In this document: positions 1 to 9,855 of the stretch, one piece after another
How positions within the stretch are numbered: the stretch's first letter is position 1
Layout: each line of letters begins with the position of its first letter
Virus record (IMG/VR): IMGVR_UViG_3300025035_000576
Span: 1 to 34,213 of that record
Origin: a virus
Taxonomy: Duplodnaviria > Caudoviricetes
Length of the DNA stretch: 34,213 nt
Direction: 5' to 3' (one strand)
The notes under the pieces: model-generated
What the model was told of the DNA's origin: nothing
Seen by the model: only the letters and a program-made list of their open reading frames with translations
The model's database searches: none
Translations under genes and position numbers: made by a program

Positions 1-1884
1 AAGGAGACTGAGGATTCTGCTGGCGTATTCTCTAAACTTGGTACTGCGATATCTAATGCTTTTTCAGGGGCACTCGACTCTATAGGCAACTTCAGCATTG
101 TTCCGGACGCGGAACAAGCTTTGAGTAGTCTTAGTTCTCAGATGTCTAGACTGCTAGTTCAGATAGATGAGCTTAAGGATAAGGAGAAAGACGGTGGTCT
201 AGACATATTCGGCAGATTCGAGCTGAACCGTGCTGAAGATACGCTGCGCAAGTTGTCGGAAGCTCAGAGGTCTATCTCAAAGATTTTAGCTCCTAAGAGG
301 GACGCACAAGCTGAGTCGGAGGCTAGTTCAGCGGAAGCCCGAGATGTCAGTAGGTTTGCGGCGTTAGTAACTAGACTAGACACAATAGACACCAAACTTG
401 TTCGAGAAAAGAGACGGCAGAGAGAGTTGCGCCAGGAAGCCAAGGAAACTGCGGAAGCGCTAGAGATATCGGCTAGAACGGGAATAAGTGACCCGTCGGT
501 GACCAAGGAAGCGCAACAGGCGAGAATTGACGCCATAAACCGCAGATTCCGAGACTAGGAGCCTAGAAAGGAAGGGAAGTCAGACGCACAGAAAGAAGCC
601 GACCGACTGACCAGACAGCAGGCCGCTGGATTAGCTGCTCTCAACAAAATTCTTACAGAGAACAATGCTCTGCTTGATGCCAGTAGCGATGGACAGATAC
701 AGCTATCGGCGGTAAGCAGAATAGCGGTTAAGACTCTAGCCGACCTAGAAGCGGGCAATCTGAAGATAAACGATGCCCATAAAGATGGAGCCAGACTTGC
801 TCTCAATGAGCTTATCGCTAGAGATAAGCTGACTCAGGCTAATAAAGAAGCGGCCAGAGTAGATGAGCTTTCTGCGGATATAGCCGACAGGCTGGCGAAG
901 ATATCTAAGGGTCAGGCGGCTGCCGCCGATGATGAGATTAGGTCTATAACTAGGAGCAGTGCAGAAAGCGAGATAGCGTTTAGACTGGACAGCATACGCC
1001 TTCAAGTTGATAGGGAGCGCATGACTCTGGCCGATAGGTTTGGGGACGTAACCAGTGAGAATAATGAGAGATACGTTTCTGAACTGGCTAAGATAAATAG
1101 TGCCGAGCAGGAACTACTTAATAACGAGATAGAAGCGTTCAATAGGCGTCAGGAAGCCCTCAATGACTGGAGGGCAGGACTTCGTGTGGGAGTTGAGGAG
1201 TTCATATCTTCGTCTACGCAGTCGGCCATAACGGTGAGAGATATAACGATTGGCGCGTTCGACGGGATGGCCAACAGTATCGTATCGTTCACGCAGACTG
1301 GGAAGCTGGGATTTAAGTCCTTAGCTAGCTCGATAATCGCAGACTTGATTCGCATGGAAGCTAAGATACTTCTTTCCTCCATTCTGCGGAGTCTACTAGG
1401 CGCTTTCCTGGGCGGGGGTAGCTCCCTTACAGGTATAAAGGGCGGCGTAGGTGATGCTGGGTTCGATGCCAGCCGGTTAGCGGCCAAGGGCGGCATATTC
1501 GAGGCCGGTATGCCGATCCAGAACTACGCTAACGGCGGCATTATCGGCAAGCCTACCCTGCTAGGTATGGCGGGTGGTAAGCTGCTACAGGCTGGCGAGG
1601 ATGGCAAGGAGGCTATCATGCCCGTTAAGCAGGATAGCCGCGGAAGGCTTGGCGTGCTGTCCGTGGGCGGCGGTGGCGGCAGCGATGGAGGAGTGGTTCA
1701 GCTTACTATCCAAGTGTTCCAGGGTAAGGGTGAGGGAGTCACAAGTGAGGTAGGTCAGAAACAAGACGGTAGAGCACTGATAAAATTGATGCTGGGGGAG
1801 GTATCCTCCAACATATCTTCTAATGGTTCTGTGGCTAAGACTATAACGGACACGTTCGGTCTTAAACGTTCGGCTAGGAGGTAA
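1..1884 (+). CDS. Tail tape measure protein, C-terminal part (5'-truncated by the window), with one in-frame TAG at 556-558
   Basis: Frame 1 is open from base 1 to the TAA at 1882-1884 except for a single TAG at 556-558 (read codon by codon). The product is helical and Ala/Glu/Arg-rich, with lambda-type TMP C-terminal motifs (GKLGFKSLASSIIADLIRM, AKGG, YANGG, AGEDGKEAIMP, GRLGV). It lies directly upstream of the tail tip genes. Confidence 0.9.
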
Positions 1885-1888
1885 GACG

Positions 1889-2227
1889 GTGGAGACGTGG
1901 CCCGGTACACTTCCACAACTCAACTATGGGGCTACGTATGCTCCAGAGTCTAACGTTATACGGTCAGAGAACGCTGCTGGTCCTTACAGTGCTAGACGCA
2001 GGTTCACCAAGGCCCCTACAATCGTAAGTGGTACCCTAACTTTGACAACCCAACAGGTTCAGATACTGGACGCGTTTGTGGAAAATACTCTGAAGGACGT
2101 ACTTCCATTCTCGATGATTGATCAGCGAACTGGGGCCATGGCCACGTATGTGTTTACAAAGAGACCTCAGCACACAGCGGTAGAGTATGATAACTGGAAT
2201 ACGGCAGTGGAGTTTAGGGCTGAATGA
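1889..2227 (+). CDS. Distal tail / minor tail protein (lambda gpM-like position)
   Basis: 112 aa directly after the TMP, with WPxxLP start and GPxxxRRRFT motif. AGGAGG lies upstream of the GTG start. Confidence 0.75.
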   Translation: METWPGTLPQLNYGATYAPESNVIRSENAAGPYSARRRFTKAPTIVSGTLTLTTQQVQILDAFVENTLKDVLPFSMIDQRTGAMATYVFTKRPQHTAVEYDNWNTAVEFRAE

Positions 2228-2700
2228 GCAGACAGATATCAGCTAACGCGCTAAGAGAAGTATTGGCTCAGCAGACTGCGGAAGTATTTCTGGTGTGTCT
2301 TAGGATAGAACACCCATCCGTATCTACTATCCGCGTCGTGTACAATACTGAGTCAATAGTTAGGTCGGACGGAATCTATGTGCCGTTCGCATTCTCTGTT
2401 CAGCTACCGGATGATGTCAGCGACAGACTTCCCACAGTAGCTATATCCTTTGAAAACATCTCACTGGAGATACTGCGGGCGCTTAGGAATATTTCTGGTG
2501 TTCCAAAGGTGACAATTCTAGTAGTGACGGCAACTACTCCTGACGTGGTAGAGGTTGGTCCTCTAGAGTTTTCCCTGCTGTCTATAACGTACAATGCGAA
2601 GGCGGTTTCTGGCGTTCTTGGGTTTCAGGAAGACATACTTTCTAGGGCTGTTCCTCTGCAGACCTATACTCCCACCAATAGTAAGGGAATATTCTCATGA
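2224..2700 (+). CDS. Minor tail protein, DUF1833-like (gpL-equivalent position)
   Basis: Pattern LRIEHPS...RVVYN...YVPFAFSVQLP...PDVVEVGP...P...YTP; ATGA overlap with the previous gene; synteny. Confidence 0.75.
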   Translation: MSRQISANALREVLAQQTAEVFLVCLRIEHPSVSTIRVVYNTESIVRSDGIYVPFAFSVQLPDDVSDRLPTVAISFENISLEILRALRNISGVPKVTILVVTATTPDVVEVGPLEFSLLSITYNAKAVSGVLGFQEDILSRAVPLQTYTPTNSKGIFS

Positions 2701-3095
2701 ACCTAGATAAGTACATGAGCATACCATTCAAGGAAAAGGGTAGAGATTCTACCGGCTGCGATTGTTGGGGTCTGGCCCGGATGATACTGCAAGAAAATCT
2801 AGGAGTAGAACTACCCTCATACAGCGGTGACTACTTCAGCACCCATGATAGGGGTGGGGTGCGAGAAGCTATAGAGGAAGGGTTGAAAAATTGGCGTAAG
2901 GTAGATCATCCCGCTAAGTGGGATCTAGTTGTCTTTAGGATAGGAAGTAAGCGAAGTCACAGCAAAGGTCATGTAGGAGTTTGCCTAGGCGAAGGACGAT
3001 TCATTCATTGTCCGGAGGATTGTTCTGTCTGCACTGAACGGCTTTCATCCCCGGTGTGGAAAGACAGGATAGAGGGGTTCTACAGCTATGTATAA
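2697..3095 (+). CDS. NlpC/P60 family tail tip assembly protein (gpK-like)
   Basis: GRDSTGCDCWGL catalytic Cys motif plus HVGV and FIH His residues; synteny. Confidence 0.9.
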   Translation: MNLDKYMSIPFKEKGRDSTGCDCWGLARMILQENLGVELPSYSGDYFSTHDRGGVREAIEEGLKNWRKVDHPAKWDLVVFRIGSKRSHSKGHVGVCLGEGRFIHCPEDCSVCTERLSSPVWKDRIEGFYSYV

Positions 3096-5559
3096 TCTGT
3101 CAGTATGTCCCAGTCCCGTGAGCAGGGATAGTCTATACGCCCAGATTGATAGCAGTAAGACGCTAGCTGAATCCGTAGGAGATTGTGATGAGTCGGTATC
3201 TCTTCTGATAGGCGGGGTAGAGATTCCAAGAGCCATGTGGGCGCATATTCGGCCAAAGCCGGGCACGCTGGTTCGCGCCGTGTTTGTACCGCAAGGCGGA
3301 GGCAATAAGATACTTAGATCCATACTGATGATCGCAGTAATCATTGCAGCTATCTATTTTCCACCCCTTGCCGGGTATGGGCCGTTTGGGGAGGCAGCAC
3401 TTCAGGCTGGTATAGCCATGGGAGGAATGCTGTTGGTCAATGCCTTGGTGCCGATAAAGCCGCCCAAACTTAGTCAGGGAGAACAGCCAGAAGGACTAAG
3501 CTTTATAACTGGTACGTCTAATCAGCTACTGCCGTTTGGGACTATTCCTATGGTGATAGGGGAGGTAAGATTCTTTCCCCCATTCGCAGCTAGACCATAT
3601 ACGGAGATTAGCGGGAATGATCAGTATCTAAGAGTTCTACTGGATCTAGGGTACGGAAACTTAGATGTATCCAATATAAGAATTGGAGACACTGACATAT
3701 CTACATTCCCAGAAGTGGAGATGGAGTTTGGAACGGCACCGTCTCTATTCAGTGATGACTATAATGAGGTGTCGGTGTCGTTGTCAATGAATGAAGACGG
3801 TAACTCATTCACTAGATCCACGTCAGTAGACACAGACGAGATCTCCATAGACTTTTCCATGCCGGGTGGTCTATTCGCCATAAGTTCTAAGGGTAAGACT
3901 CTAGTTTCCTCGATAAATCTCACAATAGAATTCAAGCTGGCTAACTCCGTAGATCCGTGGGTCAGCGTAACTGATCCCGGCGTTACAATGACCACTTCTT
4001 CAGGGGCCATACGCCGATCAGGATCTTTTGTATCCATTTCATCGTCTTCAAGAAAAGCCTTCAGTGTGGGGGTTAGGTGGATGGTTGCTTCTGGTCAGTA
4101 CGACGTACGGGTCACTAGAAGTTCTAGTGTCTACGGGCCTGTGAATAAGCAGATCACCGATCCTGGATCTAGGGTAGGAGTAATGAACTGGACTACCATG
4201 AGGTCTATAGTTCATACGTCTCCATCTACTACCGGAACTAACAAGCTAGCTATACGAATGAAGGCCACTGACCAACTAAACGGAGTAGTGAACCAGATAA
4301 ATATGTTAGTGAAGCAGAAGGTGCGTAGATGGACAGGAACGGCGTGGACAGTACCGGAAGAACAGACAAACCCGGCCTGGATAATGCACTGGCTGATGAC
4401 TCAATCGGAGGCGGTAGATCTTTTTCTACCTGAATCAAGAATAGATATAGACTCAGTGTTCGCATTCGCTCAGCACTGTGATCTAGAGGGATTTTCCTGT
4501 AGGGGCGCAGTTGATTCTGTGACCACACTGTTCGATCTTCTAAGAGACGTGCTTCTTACCGGCAGAGGTTCTTTGTCTACTACAGACGGTAAGTATGGAA
4601 TAGTGTGGGACAAACCGATATCAGTTCCCAGCCAGATGTTTACTCCGGCAAATTCTAAGGAGTTTCGCGGAAACAGACCATTCCTAGACCCGCCCCATGC
4701 TCTCCGGATGAAGTTCATAAACCTGGAGGCTAACTGGCAGGTGGACGAGATAATAGCCCTGAACGACGGGTACTCTATGCTAGGTGTGGATGCCCACGGA
4801 AACGCCAGCGTGCTACCCGAGGCGACTAAGTTTGAGACTATCACAATGCCGTATGTCACTTCAGCCACTGCGGTGTGGAAGATGGGAAGAAACATCCTTG
4901 GTCAGGGGAAGCATTCTCAGAACACCATGTCCATTGAAACTTCTATAGAGAACATAGTCTGCACCCGTGGGGACATGGTACTGGTCGCGCACGATGTCAT
5001 AGAATGGGGGGAAGGATGGGGGCGTATAGTCGGTATCTCGGGAACCACGATCACCGTTAGCAGTCCAATAGAGGTGAGTTCTACACTTACCTATTCTGTA
5101 AGTGTTAGGAAGCAGAACGGCGGAGTGTGGGTTGGTGCGGTTCAGCCAGTAACTACGGGTCTGGCTTCATCGTTCACTCTTACCTCCATAGACCCAGGAG
5201 TGTCTGTTGGGGATCTGGCGGTGTTGGGATCTTCTGTGACCGACACCCGCAAGATGGTAGTTCTGGGAGTAGAGGCTTCTGAGAATCTAGGGGCCACAAT
5301 ATCTCTTAAAGAGTACTCAGAAGAACTGTTCACATTCGACAACAATCCCCCGCCTACATTCATATCCTCAATAACCGGATCATTAGTCTTAGAACCTCCT
5401 CCCCCTCCGCTGGTGTATATATCCTCTGATCCAGCGGATAGTCCAGTAGATGATAATGGCAACACCACGCCGGGGATAGGAATAACCATAATCAACCCGA
5501 CTGTCCCTTCTCCGATATTCGGCGGAGGTCTTCCTGGACCAATCATAAGGCCGAGATAA
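3088..5559 (+). CDS. Tail tip / host specificity protein, gpJ-like core with an N-terminal gpI-like segment
   Basis: N-terminal W..IRPKPG...PQGGG followed by a hydrophobic segment (gpI-like). Later motifs IPMVIG, YLRVLLDLGYG, GQYDVRVTR, AIRMKATDQLNG, NPAW and RGDMVLV are typical of gpJ-like proteins. Confidence 0.88.
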   Translation: MYNLSVCPSPVSRDSLYAQIDSSKTLAESVGDCDESVSLLIGGVEIPRAMWAHIRPKPGTLVRAVFVPQGGGNKILRSILMIAVIIAAIYFPPLAGYGPFGEAALQAGIAMGGMLLVNALVPIKPPKLSQGEQPEGLSFITGTSNQLLPFGTIPMVIGEVRFFPPFAARPYTEISGNDQYLRVLLDLGYGNLDVSNIRIGDTDISTFPEVEMEFGTAPSLFSDDYNEVSVSLSMNEDGNSFTRSTSVDTDEISIDFSMPGGLFAISSKGKTLVSSINLTIEFKLANSVDPWVSVTDPGVTMTTSSGAIRRSGSFVSISSSSRKAFSVGVRWMVASGQYDVRVTRSSSVYGPVNKQITDPGSRVGVMNWTTMRSIVHTSPSTTGTNKLAIRMKATDQLNGVVNQINMLVKQKVRRWTGTAWTVPEEQTNPAWIMHWLMTQSEAVDLFLPESRIDIDSVFAFAQHCDLEGFSCRGAVDSVTTLFDLLRDVLLTGRGSLSTTDGKYGIVWDKPISVPSQMFTPANSKEFRGNRPFLDPPHALRMKFINLEANWQVDEIIALNDGYSMLGVDAHGNASVLPEATKFETITMPYVTSATAVWKMGRNILGQGKHSQNTMSIETSIENIVCTRGDMVLVAHDVIEWGEGWGRIVGISGTTITVSSPIEVSSTLTYSVSVRKQNGGVWVGAVQPVTTGLASSFTLTSIDPGVSVGDLAVLGSSVTDTRKMVVLGVEASENLGATISLKEYSEELFTFDNNPPPTFISSITGSLVLEPPPPPLVYISSDPADSPVDDNGNTTPGIGITIINPTVPSPIFGGGLPGPIIRPR

Positions 5560-6774
5560 GTGAGCGGACCTATTCAATTTTCTGAGGTTAGATGGCGTCC
5601 ACTAGACTCTGAGGACGTGTGGGAGATTAGACGCCTAAACGATAACCAGAAGTCAGTGTTCATAGACGGAACAGACAGAGGCGTGGAATACGTCATAGAG
5701 GTGCGCAACATCGGGCCTACTGGCTTGAGCAGCAACTGGGTCAGCGCAATACATACGCCTGTTCTTCTGAATCGTCCACTGACTCCACTGATCATAGACG
5801 ACATTACCGGTGAGGTGGTGGTGGACTGTAAGGTTGAAGAACAGTTCTCCCTTCTTCTATCTAGGGACGTGACGGCAGTATCCTTCGTCAATGTGCCGGA
5901 GGAAAAGATAATAATCATAGTAGTTATTCAGGGGGGACAGTTCGGCATTGCATGGCCGGGGTCGGTAGTGTTCGAGAGCGGGGAACTATACGTTCCTACT
6001 CAGGTTCTTGGCAGGGCGGACACCATAGGTCTAGCCACTGTATCGGGAGGGGCGGAATGGCTGCTACGTACTTCTGTGGATGTAGATCCTAACGGAGACG
6101 GGACGGTAGATGGAGGAGGAAGCCCGGAGCTTCCGCCAGGAGTAGACCCCATAGAAGTTCAAGCCGACCCAATCCAGGCCGAGTGTGTGGTTTCTGGTGG
6201 CGTGGCGTGCGTGCCGTCGGTTCAGGCAGTAGTGACAATAGTAGGCGGAACTCCTCCATACACTATATCGTGGAGCAGAATAGTTGGCGGGGAGTTATCC
6301 CAGATAGATAACGCCGAGATACAAAGTCCTACGTTCTCCCTAGTGAACGGGCTTACTAAGGAGGACGATGAATCGACATGGCGGGCCACTGTGGTAGACA
6401 GTACAGGAGTTCTGGTATTCAAGAATCTTCAGGTTCGTCTTATTAGAACCACTACAGACATGGTTGTGTCTGGAAATCCAAACGTGTTTGGGTTCTGCAT
6501 CACTTCTCCTCCTGGCGTGTGCGTGCCGTCAGGCACTCCATTAATATCTGTGTCCGGGGGTAGTCCCCCATACACGTTTCTATGGACGTTCGTATCGGGA
6601 AGCTCTAGTGTCCATATAAGCAACCCGTCAGTAATTAACCCTCTGTTCTCCGTGAGTGCCGGTCGGTTCCAGGGTATCTGGATTGCGACTTGGAATCTGA
6701 GGATAACTGACTCTGTAGGGGACACTAAGGATGTTTCTTCCACGATAACTATGAATAGGGAGAGTAGTCAGTGA
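5560..6774 (+). CDS. Tail tip-associated protein: FnIII-like N-terminus plus two Ig-like GGxPPYTxxW repeats
   Basis: EVRWRP...GVEYVIEVRNIGPTGLSSNW is an FnIII-like strand pattern. Two C-terminal repeats read C-x7-CVPS...GG(T/S)PPYTxxW. The GTG start immediately follows the previous TAA in the same frame. Confidence 0.7.
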   Translation: MSGPIQFSEVRWRPLDSEDVWEIRRLNDNQKSVFIDGTDRGVEYVIEVRNIGPTGLSSNWVSAIHTPVLLNRPLTPLIIDDITGEVVVDCKVEEQFSLLLSRDVTAVSFVNVPEEKIIIIVVIQGGQFGIAWPGSVVFESGELYVPTQVLGRADTIGLATVSGGAEWLLRTSVDVDPNGDGTVDGGGSPELPPGVDPIEVQADPIQAECVVSGGVACVPSVQAVVTIVGGTPPYTISWSRIVGGELSQIDNAEIQSPTFSLVNGLTKEDDESTWRATVVDSTGVLVFKNLQVRLIRTTTDMVVSGNPNVFGFCITSPPGVCVPSGTPLISVSGGSPPYTFLWTFVSGSSSVHISNPSVINPLFSVSAGRFQGIWIATWNLRITDSVGDTKDVSSTITMNRESSQ

Positions 6775-8723
6775 GTAATTCTACTGGAGTGAAGGCTCTG
6801 TTCGCTCAGATTGGGTCGTCTAAGAATAGCGCTCTTAGTATCCGGGTGCAGAACGCAGAGCAGGCCATAACGGCGGTATCGGTTTCTTCCGAGACTAAGA
6901 ATCATACATTCATTCAGGATAACGCTCCAGTTGATGGAGACCCATTGGTGGGATCCTTGATCTTTGGAGATAAGTGGGTAGACACTGACGACAACAATAA
7001 GCTGTATGGATGGACTCCTGAAGGGTGGCAGCCAATATCCGATGAGAGATTCTCTGACGTCAACAGAGTATTCATTCAGCCGGGCGAGCCAGTAGCCGAC
7101 CCTCAGTTCCCGTTCAACGTCGGAGACCTGTGGCTCGATTCTGATGACGGCTTCAAGCAGCGTGCCTGGGATGGAGCTTCATGGGTGCTGGTCTCTGATG
7201 TGCGGATTGAGTCCACCGCTACCGCGCTTACCGCTCTTCAGTCTGAGGTCTCAGTAATAGACGGGCAGGTGACGGCGCAAGCCAGCCAGATAACTTCCCT
7301 TGAAGCATCCGTAGGAACTAAGAATAGGGTGTTCGTACAGCCAAGCGCTCCGGCTGGCGGGCCGTTCGCGGTGGGTGACTTATGGATAGACACTGATGAC
7401 GGCAATCGGACGTATGTGTGGAATGGCACTTCGTGGGCGGATAGATCGGATGCTCGGTTCGGGCTTAGGAACAGGATATTCAGTCAGACAACTCCCCCAG
7501 TGAATGACGGCACGCTTATTGTCAATGACCTGTGGATCGATACAGATGACGGTAATAAGCTCTATCAGTGGAACGGCTCGTCATGGGTTAATATATCCGA
7601 CGGAAGGATTGACGCCAATACGGCTTCCATCAATAGCGAGGCCATAGCGCGAGCGAATCAGGACTCGGCGCTAGCCAGCCAGATCAATACCGTGTCCACC
7701 ACGGTTGACGGCAACACGGCTACCATCAGCAGTCAGCAGACCAGCATCAACGGTCTAGAGGCCCGCGCATTTCTGAAGCTAGACGTTAACGGAAAAGTAG
7801 TCGGATACGAGATCAATAATGACGGGGTGACTAATAGCTTCACAGTTCTTGCGGATAATTTCAATATTGTATCCACAAGCGGAGTTGAGATATTTTCGGC
7901 CGCGCAGGTGACAAACTCTTCAGGATCTGTAGTTACTGGGGGCAGGATTAGCGGTGTGGCTGAAGTTGTGGTGGATCAATTTACCAGTGGTGAGGGAAGG
8001 GTAACGTTTGGCGATAGCCTCAATCCTCACTTCCAGCTAGCCGGGATATCCAATAATTTCTGGTCTACTGCATCCCTACGGCTTGGCGGTGGGGCAGGCG
8101 GGGCACCACATGAATTTCTTGGGGCTACCACGTTGGGGGGAACGACAACTTTATCTAGCCTGAACTCTGCTGGAGATCCTACCACGACTCTAAAGCTAAC
8201 CTCTAGCGGAGCTACGATCAATAACAATACGCTGTGGCACTCTGGGAACTTCGCTACCAATCACGCGAACGGTAACGTCCCCACATGGAACGGAACAACG
8301 TGGGTGGCGCAAGCGATAACGATCCCACTTATCAGCATCCAGCAATCTGGGGCCGTTACTGGCAACGTGCCCACATGGAACGGAATAGCGTGGGAAGCGC
8401 AAGCGCCTGCTGGCAGCGGGCTAACTTTTACGCCAGTGCAGCAGGGCGGCGGTACACTACAGGGCACCAATAAGGTGTTTATTGGATGGGGTACAGACGG
8501 CAGTGGGCTGAGAGTCATGGTGGATGGCACTGATCTAGGGCCGATTGCACGTCTGGATGGGTCTCTTAACGGAGCGCAATTCACTGGCACTCTGGACGCT
8601 ACGGCGGGATTCCGTAGAGGCAATGCTAACTCCCCCTTTAATCTCACAAGTCAGCCCCGTGTTTTCGTCCAGTCGGCCGATCCTGGTGCAGCGGCGGCTG
8701 ATGGCGACCTTTGGTTCTGGTGA
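6771..8723 (+). CDS. Tail fibre / receptor-binding protein with DUF1983-like domain
   Basis: Four DxWxD(T/S)DD...W.. repeats and a coiled coil, then LKLDVNGKVVGY...FTVLADNFNI (DUF1983-like), FTPVQQGGG..NKVFIGW and a terminal DGDLWFW. Confidence 0.85.
   Translation: MSNSTGVKALFAQIGSSKNSALSIRVQNAEQAITAVSVSSETKNHTFIQDNAPVDGDPLVGSLIFGDKWVDTDDNNKLYGWTPEGWQPISDERFSDVNRVFIQPGEPVADPQFPFNVGDLWLDSDDGFKQRAWDGASWVLVSDVRIESTATALTALQSEVSVIDGQVTAQASQITSLEASVGTKNRVFVQPSAPAGGPFAVGDLWIDTDDGNRTYVWNGTSWADRSDARFGLRNRIFSQTTPPVNDGTLIVNDLWIDTDDGNKLYQWNGSSWVNISDGRIDANTASINSEAIARANQDSALASQINTVSTTVDGNTATISSQQTSINGLEARAFLKLDVNGKVVGYEINNDGVTNSFTVLADNFNIVSTSGVEIFSAAQVTNSSGSVVTGGRISGVAEVVVDQFTSGEGRVTFGDSLNPHFQLAGISNNFWSTASLRLGGGAGGAPHEFLGATTLGGTTTLSSLNSAGDPTTTLKLTSSGATINNNTLWHSGNFATNHANGNVPTWNGTTWVAQAITIPLISIQQSGAVTGNVPTWNGIAWEAQAPAGSGLTFTPVQQGGGTLQGTNKVFIGWGTDGSGLRVMVDGTDLGPIARLDGSLNGAQFTGTLDATAGFRRGNANSPFNLTSQPRVFVQSADPGAAAADGDLWFW
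8271..8405 (+). repeat. Intragenic direct repeat, two copies 90 bp apart (GNVPTWNGxxWxAQA)
   Basis: GGTAACGTCCCCACATGGAACGGAACAACGTGGG at 8271 and GGCAACGTGCCCACATGGAACGGAATAGCGTGGG at 8361. Confidence 0.9.
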
Positions 8724-8726
8724 CCT

Positions 8727-9296
8727 ATGACATTCACAAGAAAATCAGGTGGCGCGAACGTAACTCTCACGACAATAAAGCGCCGTTCGGCAGGTGCGTG
8801 GGTCAGCCTGACCATCGGCAAGCGCCGAGCGTCGGGCGCATGGGTTGATATACTTCCATCTACTGGGGGAGTAACTCTGACAAATAAGAATCTAAGTGCG
8901 GCCAAGCAGTCCCCGGGAACGGCCTCAGTGGTGTTCAGGCTGGCCACTGGCGGCAAGCTGCGCCAGTCTTTAAATGGAGGGGCGTTCACGGAGATACCTC
9001 CGTTTACAGAGTGGCTAGATCCTGAGAGCACCATAGTTGCAGAAGGGTTTGACGCTATGGCCGCTATTCTGAGTAATCCAGATGGAGCTATTATGTCTGG
9101 CTCCTATGGGACTTGGCTTCAGCTTGGCGCTATCGGAGGATCAAGGGATTGGGGTGCTTCAGTAACTACGTCAACAAGTGGAGCCAGTAAGTTCGCTTCG
9201 GTGGTAATACAGATACAGATTCGGCGTAGGTCTGATCTAGCTGTAGTGGCTACAGCCAACGTTAACATCTCCGTGGAAATGTTCAATAACCTATAG
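8727..9296 (+). CDS. Tail fibre-associated (tip/adhesin-like) protein
   Basis: N-terminal repeats KRRSAGAWV / KRRASGAWV of the kind seen after fibres ending in GDLW; position directly after the fibre gene. Confidence 0.6.
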   Translation: MTFTRKSGGANVTLTTIKRRSAGAWVSLTIGKRRASGAWVDILPSTGGVTLTNKNLSAAKQSPGTASVVFRLATGGKLRQSLNGGAFTEIPPFTEWLDPESTIVAEGFDAMAAILSNPDGAIMSGSYGTWLQLGAIGGSRDWGASVTTSTSGASKFASVVIQIQIRRRSDLAVVATANVNISVEMFNNL

Positions 9297-9318
9297 TCTT
9301 TTTCGACTGGAGAATAAA

Positions 9319-9834
9319 ATGAGTTTAATTACCTTTGACACATTATCACATGTTTTACGTGACAATATTCTACCAGGTCTAAATCTTTTACCTGAAAATA
9401 TGCATTCCACTAGGGCGCAAGCCATGCTCTTAGCAATAGGATTACAAGAATCTCGATTTCAACATCGTAAGCAAATAGGAGGTCCCGCTAAGGGCTTTTG
9501 GCAATTTGAAATGAACGGAGGTGTAAAAGGCGTCCTCACGCACCCAAATTCATCTACCTACGCCGGGGAATTACTGACTTTACTGGGAGTAGAGAATAAT
9601 ATCAAGGTTGTGTACGACCAATTGCAGTATAACGATAGACTGGCGTGCGGGATTGCTCGATTACTGTTATGGACAGATAGTGCTCCGTTACCGCACCTAG
9701 GAAGTAGAACCTCTGAGGATAGTTGGGAATACTATATCAGGAATTGGAGACCTGGCAAACCTCACAGGGAAACATGGACAGATTTTTGGCTTCTGTCCTG
9801 CAATGTAGCTTTAACCGCGTTTAACCCAACCTAA
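9319..9834 (+). CDS. Putative endolysin (lysozyme-like / transglycosylase-type fold)
   Basis: LLAIGLQESR (catalytic Glu-Ser) and GPAKGFWQFE motifs, plus W.YY.RNWRPGKP; GGAG RBS. Confidence 0.75.
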   Translation: MSLITFDTLSHVLRDNILPGLNLLPENMHSTRAQAMLLAIGLQESRFQHRKQIGGPAKGFWQFEMNGGVKGVLTHPNSSTYAGELLTLLGVENNIKVVYDQLQYNDRLACGIARLLLWTDSAPLPHLGSRTSEDSWEYYIRNWRPGKPHRETWTDFWLLSCNVALTAFNPT

Positions 9835-9855
9835 GTTCAATCAAGGAGAATTATC

